Source: Eledone cirrhosa | Lineage: Eukaryota | DNA: 64,000 nt | Direction of reading: 5' to 3' | Assembly (NCBI GenBank): GCA_964016885.1 | Contig: OZ024744.1 | Coordinates: forward strand, 1,736,001 to 1,800,000 | In this document: positions 27,501 through 40,900 of the stretch, piece by piece | How positions within the stretch are numbered: position 1 is the stretch's first letter | Layout: every line of letters begins with the position of its first letter | The notes under the pieces: generated by a model | What the model was told of the DNA's origin: nothing | Databases searched by the model: none | Seen by the model: the letters and a program-made list of their open reading frames with translations, nothing else | Translations under genes and position numbers: made by a program

Positions 27501-30490
27501 TGTCTTCCCACAAAACGTCGTTCTTCACCAAGCTATCTTTCTCTACCTTGTCTTCCCTCAAAACTTCGTTCTTCACCAAGCTATCTTTCTCTACCTTGTC
27601 TTCCCCCAAAACTTCGTTCTTCACCAAGCTATGTTTCTCTACCTTGTCTTCCCTCAAAACTTCGTTCTTCACCAAGCTATCTTTCTCGACTTTGTCTTCT
27701 CCCAAAACTTCGTTATTCACCAAGCTATCTTTCTCTACCTTGTCTTCCCTCAAAACTTCGTTCTTCACCAAGCTATCTTTCTCTACCTTGTCTTCCCACA
27801 AAACGTCATTCTTCACCAAGCTATCTTTCTCTACCTTGTCTTCCGTCAAACCTTCGTTCTTCACCAAGCTATCTTTCTCTACCTTGTCTTCCCTCAAAAC
27901 GTCGTTCTTCACCAAGCTATCTTTCTCTACCTTGTCCTCCCACAAAACTTCGTTCTTCACCAAGCTATCTTTCTCTACCTTGTCTTCCCCCAAAACTTCG
28001 TTCTTCGCAAGCTATCTTTCTCTACCTTGTCTTCCGTCAAAACTTCGTTCTTCACCAAGATATCTTTCTCTACCTTGTCTTCCCACAAAACGTCGTTCTT
28101 CACCAAGCTATCTTTCTCTACCTTGTCTTCCCTCAGAACTTCGTTCTTCACCAAGCTATCTTTCTCTACCTTGTCTTCCCCCAAAACTTCGTTCTTCACC
28201 AAGCTATCTTTCTCTACATTGTCTTCCCCAAAACTTCGTTCTTCACCAAGCTATCTTTCTCTACCTTGTCTTCCCTCAAAACGTCGTTCTTCACCAAGCT
28301 ATCTTTCTCTACCTTGTCTTCCCCCAAAACTTCGTTCTTCACCAAGCTATCTTTCTCTACCTTGTCTTCCCCCACAACTTCGTTCTTCACCAAGTCATCT
28401 TTCTCTACCTTGTCATCCCACAAAACGTCGTTCTTCACCAAGCTATCTTTCTCTATTTTGTCTTCCCTCAAAACGTCGTTCTTCACCAAGCTATCTTTCT
28501 CTACCTTGTCTTCCCACAAAACGTCATTCTTCACCAAGCTATCTTTCTCTACCTTGTCTTCCGTCAAACCTTCGTTCTTCACCAAGCTATCTTTCTCTAC
28601 CTTGTCTTCCCCCAAAACTTCGTTCTTCCCAAGCTATCTTTCTCTACCTTGTCTTCCGTCAAAACTTCGTTCTTCACCAAGATATCTTTCTCTACCTTGT
28701 CTTCCCACAAAACGTCGTTCTTCACCAAGCTATCTTTCTCTACCTTGTCTTCCCTCAGAACTTCGTTCTTCACCAAGCTATCTTTCTCTACCTTGTCTTC
28801 CCCCAAAACTTCGTTCTTCACCAAGCTATCTTTCTCTACCTTGTCTTCCCTCAAAACGTCGTTCTTCACCAAGCTATCTTTCTCTACCTTGTCTTCCCCC
28901 AAAACTTCGTTCTTCACCAGGCTATCTTTCTCTACCTTGTCTTCCCCCACAACTTCGTTCTTCACCAAGTCATCTTTCTCTACCTTGTCATCCCACAAAA
29001 CGTCGTTCTTCACCAAGCTATCTTTCTCTATTTTGTCTTCCCTCAAAACGTCGTTCTTCACCAAGCTATCTTTCTCTACCTTGTCTTCCCTCAAAATTTC
29101 GTTCTTCACCAAGCTATCTTTCTCGACCTTGTCTTCTCCCAAAACTTCGTTATTCACCAAGCTATCTTTCTCTACCTTGTCTTCCCTCAAAACTTCGTTC
29201 TTCACCAAGCTATCTTTCTCTACCTTGTCTTCCCCCAAAACTTCGTTCTTCACCAAGCTATCTTTCTCTACCTTGTCTTCTCCCAAAACTTCGTTATTCA
29301 CCAAGCTATCTTTCTCTACCTTGTCTTCCCCCAAAACTTCGTTCTTCACCAAGCTATCTTTCTCTACCTTGTCTTCCCCCAAAACTTCGTTCTTCACCAA
29401 GCTATCTTTCTCTACATTGTCTTCCCACAAAACTTCGTTCTTCACCAAGCTATCTTTCTCTACCTTGTCTTCCCACAAAACGTCGTTCTTCACCAAGCTA
29501 TCTTTCTCTACCTTGTCTTCCCTCAAAACGTCGTTCTTCACCAAGCTATCTTTCTCTACCTTGTCTTCCCCCAAAACTTCGTTCTTCACCAAGCTATCTT
29601 TCTCTACCTTGTCTTCCCCCAAAACTTCGTTCTTCGCAAGCTATCTTTCTCTACCTTGTCTTCCCCCAAAACTTCGTTCTTCACCAAGCTATCTTTCTCT
29701 ACCTTGTCTTCCCACAAAACGTCGTTCTTCACCAAGCTATCTTTTTCTACCTTGTCTTCCCTCAAAACGTCGTTCTTCACCAAGCTATCTTTCTCTACCT
29801 TGTCTTCCCTCAAAACATCGTTCTTCACCAAGCTATCTTTCTCTACCTTGTCTTCTCCCAAAACTTCGTTATTCACCAAGCTATCTTTCTCTACCTTGTC
29901 TTCCCTCAAAACTTCGTTCTCCACCAAGCTATCTTTCTCTACTTTGTCTTCCCCAAAAACTTCGTTCTTCACCAAGCTATCTTTCTCTACCTTGTCTTCC
30001 CCCAAAACTTCGTTCTTCACCAAGCTATCTTTCTCTAGCTTGTCTTCACACAAAACTTCGTTCTTCACCAAGCTATCTTTCTCTACCTTGTCTTCCCACA
30101 AAACGTCATTCTTCACCAAGCTATCTTTCTCTACCTTGTCTTCCGTCAAAACTTCGTTCTTCACCAAGATATCTTTCTCTACCTTGTCTTCTCCCAAAAC
30201 TTCGTTCTTCACCAAGCTATCTTTCCCTACCTTGTCTTCCCTCAGAACTTCGTTCTTCAACAAGCTATCTTTCTCTACCTTGTCTTCCCCCCAAACTTCG
30301 TTCTTCACCAAGCTATCTTTCTCTACATTGTCCTCCCCAAAACTTCGTTCTTCACCAAGCTATCTTTCTCTACCTTGTCTTCCCTCAAAACGTCGTTCTT
30401 CACCAAGCTATCTTTCTCTACCTTGTCTTCTCCCAAAACTTCGTTATTCACCAAGCTATCTTTCTCTACCTTGTCTTCCCTCAAACCTTC
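24572..30490. repeat. Nested duplication, offset 4025 bp (84 monomers)
   Basis: Identical ORFs at 24572/28597 (341 aa) and 25579/29604 (235 aa), and a shared ORF end at 26298/30323. Shared rare markers are TTCCCAAG, ACCAGG, CCACAAC, TCTCCACC and TTCCCTAC. Confidence 0.85.
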
Positions 30491-33400
30491 GTTCTTCACC
30501 AAGCTATCTTTCTCTACCTTGTCTTCCCCCAAAACTTCGTTCTTCACCAAGCTATCTTTCTCTACATTGTCTTCCCCAAAACTTCGTTCTTCACCAAGCT
30601 ATCTTTCTCTACCTTGTCTTCCCCCAAAACTTCGTTGTTCACCAAGCTATCTTTCTCTACCTTGTCTTCCCCCAAAACTTCGTTATTCACCAAGCTATCT
30701 TTCTCTACCTTGTCTTCCCCCAAAACTTCGTTCTTCACCAATCTATCTTTCTCTACCTTGTCTTCCCCCAAAACTTCGTTCTTCACCAAGCTATCTTTCT
30801 CTACCTTGTCTTCCCACAAAACTTCGTTCTTCACCAAGCTATCTTTCTCTGCCTTCTCTTCCCTCAAAACGTCGTTCTTCACCAAGCTATCTTTCTCTAC
30901 CTTGTCTTCTCCCAAAACTTCGTTATTCACCAAGCTATCTTTCTCTACCTTGTCTTCCCTCAAACCTTCGTTCTTCACCAAGCTATCTTTCTCTACCTTG
31001 TCTTCCCCCAAAACTTCGTTCTTCACCAAGCTATCTTTCTCTACATTGTCTTCCCCAAAACTTCGTTCTTCACCAAGCTATCTTTCTCTACCTTGTCTTC
31101 CCCCAAAACTTCGTTGTTCACCAAGCTATCTTTCTCTACCTTGTCTTCCCCCAAAACTTCGTTCTTCACCAAGCTATCTTTCTCTACCTTGTCTTCCCCC
31201 AAAACTTCGTTCTTCACCAAGCTATCTTTCTCTACCTTGTCTTCCCCCAAAACTTCGTTCTTCACCAAGCTATCTTTCTCTACCTTGTCTTCCCACAAAA
31301 CGTCGTTCTTCACCAAGCTATCTTTCTCTACCTTGTCTTCCCTCAAAACTTCGTTCTTCACCAAGCTATCTTTCTCTACCTTGTCTTCCCCCAAAACTTC
31401 GTTCTTCACCAAGCTATGTTTCTCTACCTTGTCTTCTCCCAAAACTTCGTTATTCACCAAGCTATCTTTCTCTACCTTGTCTTCCCCCAAAACTTCGTTC
31501 TTCACCAAGCTATCTTTCTCTACCTTGTCTTCCCCCAAAACTTCGTTCTTCACCAAGCTATCTTTCTCTACATTGTCTTCCCACAAAACTTCGTTCTTCA
31601 CCAAGCTATCTTTCTCTACCTTGTCTTCCCACAAAACGTCGTTCTTCACCAAGCTATCTTTCTCTACCTTGTCTTCCCTCAAAACGTCGTTCTTCACCAA
31701 GCTATCTTTCTCTACCTTGTCTTCCCCCAAAACTTCGTTCTTCACCAAGCTATCTTTCTCTACCTTGTCTTCCCCCAAAACTTCGTTCTTCGCAAGCTAT
31801 CTTTCTCTACCTTGTCTTCCCCCAAAACTTCGTTCTTCACCAAGCTATCTTTCTCTACCTTGTCTTCCCACAAAACGTCGTTCTTCACCAAGCTATCTTT
31901 TTCTACCTTGTCTTCCCTCAAAACGTCGTTCTTCACCAAGCTATCTTTCTCTACCTTGTCTTCCCTCAAAACATCGTTCTTCACCAAGCTATCTTTCTCT
32001 ACCTTGTCTTCTCCCAAAACTTCGTTATTCACCAAGCTATCTTTCTCTACCTTGTCTTCCCTCAAAACTTCGTTCTCCACCAAGCTATCTTTCTCTACTT
32101 TGTCTTCCCCAAAAACTTCGTTCTTCACCAAGCTATCTTTCTCTACCTTGTCTTCCCCCAAAACTTCGTTCTTCACCAAGCTATCTTTCTCTAGCTTGTC
32201 TTCACACAAAACTTCGTTCTTCACCAAGCTATCTTTCTCTACCTTGTCTTCCCACAAAACGTCATTCTTCACCAAGCTATCTTTCTCTACCTTGTCTTCC
32301 GTCAAAACTTCGTTCTTCACCAAGATATCTTTCTCTACTTGTCTTCTCCCAAAACTTCGTTCTTCACCAAGCTATCTTTCCCTACCTTGTCTTCCCTCAG
32401 AACTTCGTTCTTCAACAAGCTATCTTTCTCTACCTTGTCTTCCCCCCAAACTTCGTTCTTCACCAAGCTATCTTTCTCTACATTGTCCTCCCCAAAACTT
32501 CGTTCTTCACCAAGCTATCTTTCTCTACCTTGTCTTCCCTCAAAACGTCGTTCTTCACCAAGCTATCTTTCTCTACCTTGTCTTCTCCCAAAACTTCGTT
32601 ATTCACCAAGCTATCTTTCTCTACCTTGTCTTCCCTCAAACCTTCGTTCTTCACCAAGCTATCTTTCTCTACCTTGTCTTCCGTCAAAACTTCGTTCTTC
32701 ACCAAGATATCTTTCTCTACCTTGTCTTCCCACAAAACGTCGTTCTTCACCAAGCTATCTTTCTCTACCTTGTCTTCCCTCAGAACTTCGTTCTTCACCA
32801 AGCTATCTTTCTCTACCTTGTCTTCCCCCAAAACTTCGTTCTTCACCAAGCTATCTTTCTCTACCTTGTCTTCCCTCAAAACGTCGTTCTTCACCAAGCT
32901 ATCTTTCTCTACCTTGTCTTCCCCCAAAACTTCGTTCTTCACCAAGCTATCTTTCTCTACATTGTCTTCCCCAAAACTTCGTTCTTCACCAAGCTATCTT
33001 TCTCTACCTTGTCTTCCCCCAAAACTTCGTTGTTCACCAAGCTATCTTTCTCTACCTTGTCTTCCCCCAAAACTTCGTTATTCACCAAGCTATCTTTCTC
33101 TACCTTGTCTTCCCCCAAAACTTCGTTCTTCACCAATCTATCTTTCTCTACCTTGTCTTCCCCCAAAACTTCGTTCTTCACCAAGCTATCTTTCTCTACC
33201 TTGTCTTCCCACAAAACTTCGTTCTTCACCAAGCTATCTTTCTCTGCCTTCTCTTCCCTCAAAACGTCGTTCTTCACCAAGCTATCTTTCTCTACCTTGT
33301 CTTCTCCCAAAACTTCGTTATTCACCAAGCTATCTTTCTCTACCTTGTCTTCCCTCAAACCTTCGTTCTTCACCAAGCTATCTTTCTCTACCTTGTCTTC

Positions 33401-36400
33401 CCCCAAAACTTCGTTCTTCACCAAGCTATCTTTCTCTACATTGTCTTCCCCAAAACTTCGTTCTTCACCAAGCTATCTTTCTCTACCTTGTCTTCCCCCA
33501 AAACTTCGTTGTTCACCAAGCTATCTTTCTCTACCTTGTCTTCCCCCAAAACTTCGTTCTTCACCAAGCTATCTTTCTCTACCTTGTCTTCCCCCAAAAC
33601 TTCGTTCTTCACCAAGCTATCTTTCTCTACCTTGTCTTCCCACAAAACTTCGTTCTTCACCAAGCTATCTTTCTCTACCTTGTCTTCCCACAAAACGTCG
33701 TTCTTCACCAAGCTATCTTTCTCTACCTTGTCTTCCCTCAAAACTTCGTTCTTCACCAAGCTATCTTTCTCTACCTTGTCTTCCCCCAAAACTTCGTTCT
33801 TCACCAAGCTATGTTTCTCTACCTTGTCTTCCCTCAAAACTTCGTTCTTCACCAAGCTATCTTTCTCGACTTTGTCTTCTCCCAAAACTTCGTTATTCAC
33901 CAAGCTATCTTTCTCTACCTTGTCTTCCCTCAAAACTTCGTTCTTCACCAAGCTATCTTTCTCTACCTTGTCTTCCCCCAAAACGTCATTCTTCACCAAG
34001 CTATCTTTCTCTACCTTGTCTTCCGTCAAACCTTCGTTCTTCACCAAGCTATCTTTCTCTACCTTGTCTTCCCTCAAAACGTCGTTCTTCACCAAGCTAT
34101 CTTTCTCTACCTTGTCCTCCCACAAAACTTCGTTCTTCACCAAGCTATCTTTCTCTACCTTGTCTTCCCCCAAAACTTCGTTCTTCGCAAGCTATCTTTC
34201 TCTACCTTGTCTTCCGTCAAAACTTCGTTCTTCACCAAGATATCTTTCTCTACCTTGTCTTCCCACAAAACGTCGTTCTTCACCAAGCTATCTTTCTCTA
34301 CCTTGTCTTCCCTCAGAACTTCGTTCTTCACCAAGCTATCTTTCTCTACCTTGTCTTCCCCCAAAACTTCGTTCTTCACCAAGCTATCTTTCTCTACATT
34401 GTCTTCCCCAAAACTTCGTTCTTCACCAAGCTATCTTTCTCTACCTTGTCTTCCCTCAAAACGTCGTTCTTCACCAAGCTATCTTTCTCTACCTTGTCTT
34501 CCCCCAAAACTTCGTTCTTCACCAAGCTATCTTTCTCTACCTTGTCTTCCCCCACAACTTCGTTCTTCACCAAGTCATCTTTCTCTACCTTGTCATCCCA
34601 CAAAAGGTCGTTCTTCACCAAGCTATCTTTCTCTATTTTGTCTTCCCTCAAAACGTCGTTCTTCACCAAGCTATCTTTCTCTACCTTGTCTTCCCACAAA
34701 ACGTCATTCTTCACCAAGCTATCTTTCTCTACCTTGTCTTCCGTCAAACCTTCGTTCTTCACCAAGCTATCTTTCTCTACCTTGTCTTCCCCCAAAACTT
34801 CGTTCTTCCCAAGCTATCTTTCTCTACCTTGTCTTCCGTCAAAACTTCGTTCTTCACCAAGATATCTTTCTCTACCTTGTCTTCCCACAAAACGTCGTTC
34901 TTCACCAAGCTATCTTTCTCTACCTTGTCTTCCCTCAGAACTTCGTTCTTCACCAAGCTATCTTTCTCTACCTTGTCTTCCCCCAAAACTTCGTTCTTCA
35001 CCAAGCTATCTTTCTCTACCTTGTCTTCCCTCAAAACGTCGTTCTTCACCAAGCTATCTTTCTCTACCTTGTCTTCCCCCAAAACTTCGTTCTTCACCAG
35101 GCTATCTTTCTCTACCTTGTCTTCCCCCACAACTTCGTTCTTCACCAAGTCATCTTTCTCTACCTTGTCATCCCACAAAACGTCGTTCTTCACCAAGCTA
35201 TCTTTCTCTATTTTGTCTTCCCTCAAAACGTCGTTCTTCACCAAGCTATCTTTCTCTACCTTGTCTTCCCTCAAAATTTCGTTCTTCACCAAGCTATCTT
35301 TCTCGACCTTGTCTTCTCCCAAAACTTCGTTATTCACCAAGCTATCTTTCTCTACCTTGTCTTCCCTCAAAACTTCGTTCTTCACCAAGCTATCTTTCTC
35401 TACCTTGTCTTCCCCCAAAACTTCGTTCTTCACCAAGCTATCTTTCTCTACCTTGTCTTCTCCCAAAACTTCGTTATTCACCAAGCTATCTTTCTCTACC
35501 TTGTCTTCCCCCAAAACTTCGTTCTTCACCAAGCTATCTTTCTCTACCTTGTCTTCCCCCAAAACTTCGTTCTTCACCAAGCTATCTTTCTCTACATTGT
35601 CTTCCCACAAAACTTCGTTCTTCACCAAGCTATCTTTCTCTACCTTGTCTTCCCACAAAACGTCGTTCTTCACCAAGCTATCTTTCTCTACCTTGTCTTC
35701 CCTCAAAACGTCGTTCTTCACCAAGCTATCTTTCTCTACCTTGTCTTCCCCCAAAACTTCGTTCTTCACCAAGCTATCTTTCTCTACCTTGTCTTCCCCC
35801 AAAACTTCGTTCTTCGCAAGCTATCTTTCTCTACCTTGTCTTCCCCCAAAACTTCGTTCTTCACCAAGCTATCTTTCTCTACCTTGTCTTCCCACAAAAC
35901 GTCGTTCTTCACCAAGCTATCTTTTTCTACCTTGTCTTCCCTCAAAACGTCGTTCTTCACCAAGCTATCTTTCTCTACCTTGTCTTCCCTCAAAACATCG
36001 TTCTTCACCAAGCTATCTTTCTCTACCTTGTCTTCTCCCAAAACTTCGTTATTCACCAAGCTATCTTTCTCTACCTTGTCTTCCCTCAAAACTTCGTTCT
36101 CCACCAAGCTATCTTTCTCTACTTTGTCTTCCCCAAAAACTTCGTTCTTCACCAAGCTATCTTTCTCTACCTTGTCTTCCCCCAAAACTTCGTTCTTCAC
36201 CAAGCTATCTTTCTCTAGCTTGTCTTCACACAAAACTTCGTTCTTCACCAAGCTATCTTTCTCTACCTTGTCTTCCCACAAAACGTCATTCTTCACCAAG
36301 CTATCTTTCTCTACCTTGTCTTCCGTCAAAACTTCGTTCTTCACCAAGATATCTTTCTCTACCTTGTCTTCTCCCAAAACTTCGTTCTTCACCAAGCTAT

Positions 36401-37616
36401 CTTTCCCTACCTTGTCTTCCCTCAGAACTTCGTTCTTCAACAAGCTATCTTTCTCTACCTTGTCTTCCCCCCAAACTTCGTTCTTCACCAAGCTATCTTT
36501 CTCTACATTGTCCTCCCCAAAACTTCGTTCTTCACCAAGCTATCTTTCTCTACCTTGTCTTCCCTCAAAACGTCGTTCTTCACCAAGCTATCTTTCTCTA
36601 CCTTGTCTTCTCCCAAAACTTCGTTATTCACCAAGCTATCTTTCTCTACCTTGTCTTCCCTCAAACCTTCGTTCTTCACCAAGCTATCTTTCTCTACCTT
36701 GTCTTCCCCCAAAACTTCGTTCTTCACCAAGCTATCTTTCTCTACATTGTCTTCCCCAAAACTTCGTTCTTCACCAAGCTATCTTTCTCTACCTTGTCTT
36801 CCCCCAAAACTTCGTTGTTCACCAAGCTATCTTTCTCTACCTTGTCTTCCCCCAAAACTTCGTTATTCACCAAGCTATCTTTCTCTACCTTGTCTTCCCC
36901 CAAAACTTCGTTCTTCACCAATCTATCTTTCTCTACCTTGTCTTCCCCCAAAACTTCGTTCTTCACCAAGCTATCTTTCTCTACCTTGTCTTCCCACAAA
37001 ACTTCGTTCTTCACCAAGCTATCTTTCTCTGCCTTCTCTTCCCTCAAAACGTCGTTCTTCACCAAGCTATCTTTCTCTACCTTGTCTTCTCCCAAAACTT
37101 CGTTATTCACCAAGCTATCTTTCTCTACCTTGTCTTCCCTCAAACCTTCGTTCTTCACCAAGCTATCTTTCTCTACCTTGTCTTCCCCCAAAACTTCGTT
37201 CTTCACCAAGCTATCTTTCTCTACATTGTCTTCCCCAAAACTTCGTTCTTCACCAAGCTATCTTTCTCTACCTTGTCTTCCCCCAAAACTTCGTTGTTCA
37301 CCAAGCTATCTTTCTCTACCTTGTCTTCCCCCAAAACTTCGTTCTTCACCAAGCTATCTTTCTCTACCTTGTCTTCCCCCAAAACTTCGTTCTTCACCAA
37401 GCTATCTTTCTCTACCTTGTCTTCCCCCAAAACTTCGTTCTTCACCAAGCTATCTTTCTCTACCTTGTCTTCCCACAAAACGTCGTTCTTCACCAAGCTA
37501 TCTTTCTCTACCTTGTCTTCCCTCAAAACTTCGTTCTTCACCAAGCTATCTTTCTCTACCTTGTCTTCCCCCAAAACTTCGTTCTTCACCAAGCTATGTT
37601 TCTCTACCTTGTCTTC
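25238..37616. repeat. Near-perfect tandem duplication of a 129-monomer block (period 6180/6181 bp), 2 copies
   Basis: Ten consecutive - strand ORFs recur at +6180 (26298/32478, 26777/32957, 27256/33436, 27975/34155, 28214/34394, 28597/34777, 29604/35784, 30323/36503, 30562/36742, 31041/37221). 129x48=6192, minus 12 deletion monomers, gives 6180. Confidence 0.93.
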
Positions 37617-37939
37617 CCTCAAAACTTCGTTCTTCACCAAGCTATCTTTCTCGACTTTGTCTTCTCCCAAAACTTCGTTATTCACCAAGCTATCTTTCTC
37701 TACCTTGTCTTCCCTCAAAACTTCGTTCTTCACCAAGCTATCTTTCTCTACCTTGTCTTCCCACAAAACGTCATTCTTCACCAAGCTATCTTTCTCTACC
37801 TTGTCTTCCGTTAAACCTTCGTTCTTCACCAAGCTATCTTTCTCTACCTTGTCTTCCCTCAAAACGTCGTTCTTCACCAAGCTATCTTTCTCTACCTTGT
37901 CCTCCCACAAAACTTCGTTCTTCACCAAGCTATCTTTCT

Positions 37940-40900
37940 CTACCTTGTCTTCCCCCAAAACTTCGTTCTTCGCAAGCTATCTTTCTCTACCTTGTCTTCC
38001 GTCAAAACTTCGTTCTTCACCAAGATATCTTTCTCTACCTTGTCTTCCCACAAAACGTCGTTCTTCACCAAGCTATCTTTCTCTACCTTGTCTTCCCTCA
38101 GAACTTCGTTCTTCACCAAGCTATCTTTCTCTACCTTGTCTTCCCCCAAAACTTCGTTCTTCACCAAGCTATCTTTCTCTACATTGTCTTCCCCAAAACT
38201 TCGTTCTTCACCAAGCTATCTTTCTCTACCTTGTCTTCCCTCAAAACGTCGTTCTTCACCAAGCTATCTTTCTCTACCTTGTCTTCCCCCAAAACTTCGT
38301 TCTTCACCAAGCTATCTTTCTCTACCTTGTCTTCCCCCAAAACTTCGTTATTCACCAAGTCATCTTTCTCTACCTTGTCATCCCACAAAACGTCGTTCTT
38401 CACCAAGCTATCTTTCTCTATTTTGTCTTCCCTCAAAACGTCGTTCTTCACCAAGCTATCTTTCTCTACCTTGACTTCCCTCAAAATTTCGTTCTTCACC
38501 AAGCTATCTTTCTCGACCTTGTCTTCTCCCAAAACTTCGTTATTCACCAAGATATCTTTCTCTACCTTGTCTTCCCCCAAAACTTCGATCTTCACCAAGC
38601 TATCTTTCTCTACCTTGTCTTCTCCCAAAACTTCGTTATTCACCAAGCTATCTTTCTCTACCTTGTCTTCCCCCAAAACTTCGTTCTTCACCAAGCTATC
38701 TTTCTCTACCTTGTCTTCCCCCAAAACTTCGTTCTTCACCAAGCTATCTTTCTCTACCTTGTCTTCCCACAAAACTTCGTTCTTCACCAAGCCATCTTTC
38801 TCTACCTTGTCTTCCCACAAAACGTCGTTCTTCACCAAGCTATCTTTCTCTACCTTGTCTTCCCTCAAAACTTCGTTCTTCACCAAGCTATCTTTCTCTA
38901 CCTTGTCTTCCCCCAAAACTTCGTTCTTCACCAAGCTGTGTTTCTCTACCTTGTCTTCCCTCAAAACTTCGTTCTTCACTAAGCTATCTTTCTCGACCGT
39001 GTCTTCTCCCAAAACTTCGTTATTCACCAAGCTATCTTTCTCTACCTTGTCTTCCCTCAAAACTTCGTTCTTCACCAAGCTATCTTTCTCTACCTTGTCT
39101 TCCCACAAAACGTCATTCTTCACCAAGCTATCTTTCTCTACCTTGTCTTCCGTCAAACCTTCGTTCTTCACCAAGCTATCTTTCTCTACCTTGTCTTCCC
39201 TCAAAACGTCGTTCTTCACCAAGCTATCTTTCTCTACCTTGTCCTCCCACAAAACTTCGTTCTTCACCAAGCTATCTTTCTCTACCTTGTCTTCCCCCAA
39301 AACTTCGTTCTTCGCAAGCTATCTTTCTCTACCTTGTCTTCCGTCAAAACTTCGTTCTTCACCAAGATATCTTTCTCTACCTTGTCTTCCCACAAAACTT
39401 CGTTCTTCACCAAGCTATCTTTCTCTACCTTGTCTTCCCTCAGAACTTCGTTCTTCACCAAGCTATCTTTCTCTACCTTGTCTTCCCCCAAAACTTCGTT
39501 CTTCACCAAGCTATCTTTCTCTACATTGTCTTCCCCAAAACTTCGTTCTTCACCAAGCTATCTTTCTCTACCTTGTCTTCCCTCAAAACGTCGTTCTTCA
39601 CCAAGCTATCTTTCTCTACCTTGTCTTCCCCCAAAACTTCGTTCTTCACCAAGCTATCTTTCTCTACCTTGTCTTCCCCCAAAACTTCGTTCTTCGCAAG
39701 CTATCTTTCTCTACCTTGTCTTCCGTCAAAACTTCGTTCTTCACCAAGATATCTTTCTCTACCTTGTCTTCCCACAAAACGTCGTTCTTCACCAAGCTAT
39801 CTTTCTCTACCTTGTCTTCCCTCAGAACTTCGTTCTTCACCAAGCTATCTTTCTCTACCTTGTCTTCCCCCAAAACTTCGTTCTTCACCAAGCTATCTTT
39901 CTCTACATTGTCTTCCCCAAAACTTCGTTCTTCACCAAGCTATCTTTCTCTACCTTGTCTTCCCTCAAAACGTCGTTCTTCACCAAGCTATCTTTCTCTA
40001 CCTTGTCTTCCCCCAAAAATTCGTTCTTCACCAAGCTATCTTTCTCTACCTTGTCTGCCACCAAAACTTCGTTCTTCACCAAGTCATCTTTCTCTACCTT
40101 GTCATCCCACAAAACGTCGTTCTTCACCAAGCTATCTTTCTCTACCTTGTCTTCCCTCAAAACGTCGTTCTTCACCAAGCTATCTTTCTGTACCTTGTCT
40201 TCCCCCAAAACTTCGTTCTTCACCAAGCTATCTTTCTCTACCTTGTCTTCCCTCAAAACGTCGTTCTTCACCAAGCTATCTTTCTCTACCTTGTCTTCCC
40301 CCAAAACTTCGTTCTTCACCAAGCTATCTTTCTCTATTTTGTCTTCCCTCAAAACGTCGTTCTTCACCAAGCTATCTTTCTCTACCTTGTCATCCCACAA
40401 AACGTCGTTCTTCACCAAGCTATCTTTCTCTACCTTGTCTTCCCTCAAAACGACGTTCTTCACCAAGCTATCTTTCTCTACCTTGTCTTCCCCCAAAACT
40501 TCGTTCTTCACCAAGCTATCTTTCTCTACCTTGTCTTCCCTCAAAACGTCGTTCTTCACCAAGCTATCTTTCTCTACCTTGTCTTCCCCCAAAACTTCGT
40601 TCTTCACCAAGCTATCTTTCTCTATTTTGTCTTCCCTCAAAACTTCGTTCTTCGCAAGCTATCTTTCTCTACCTTGTCTTCCGTCAAAACTGCGTTCTTC
40701 ACCAAGATATCTTTCGCTACCTTGTCTTCCCACAAAACGTCGTTCTTCACCAAGCTATCTTTCTCTACCTTGTCTTCCCTCAGAACTTCGTTCTTCACCA
40801 AGCTATCTTTCTCTACCTTGTCTTCCCCCAAAACTTCGTTCTTCACCAAGCTATCTTTCTCTACCTTGTCATCCCACAAAACGTCGTTCTTCACCAAGCT

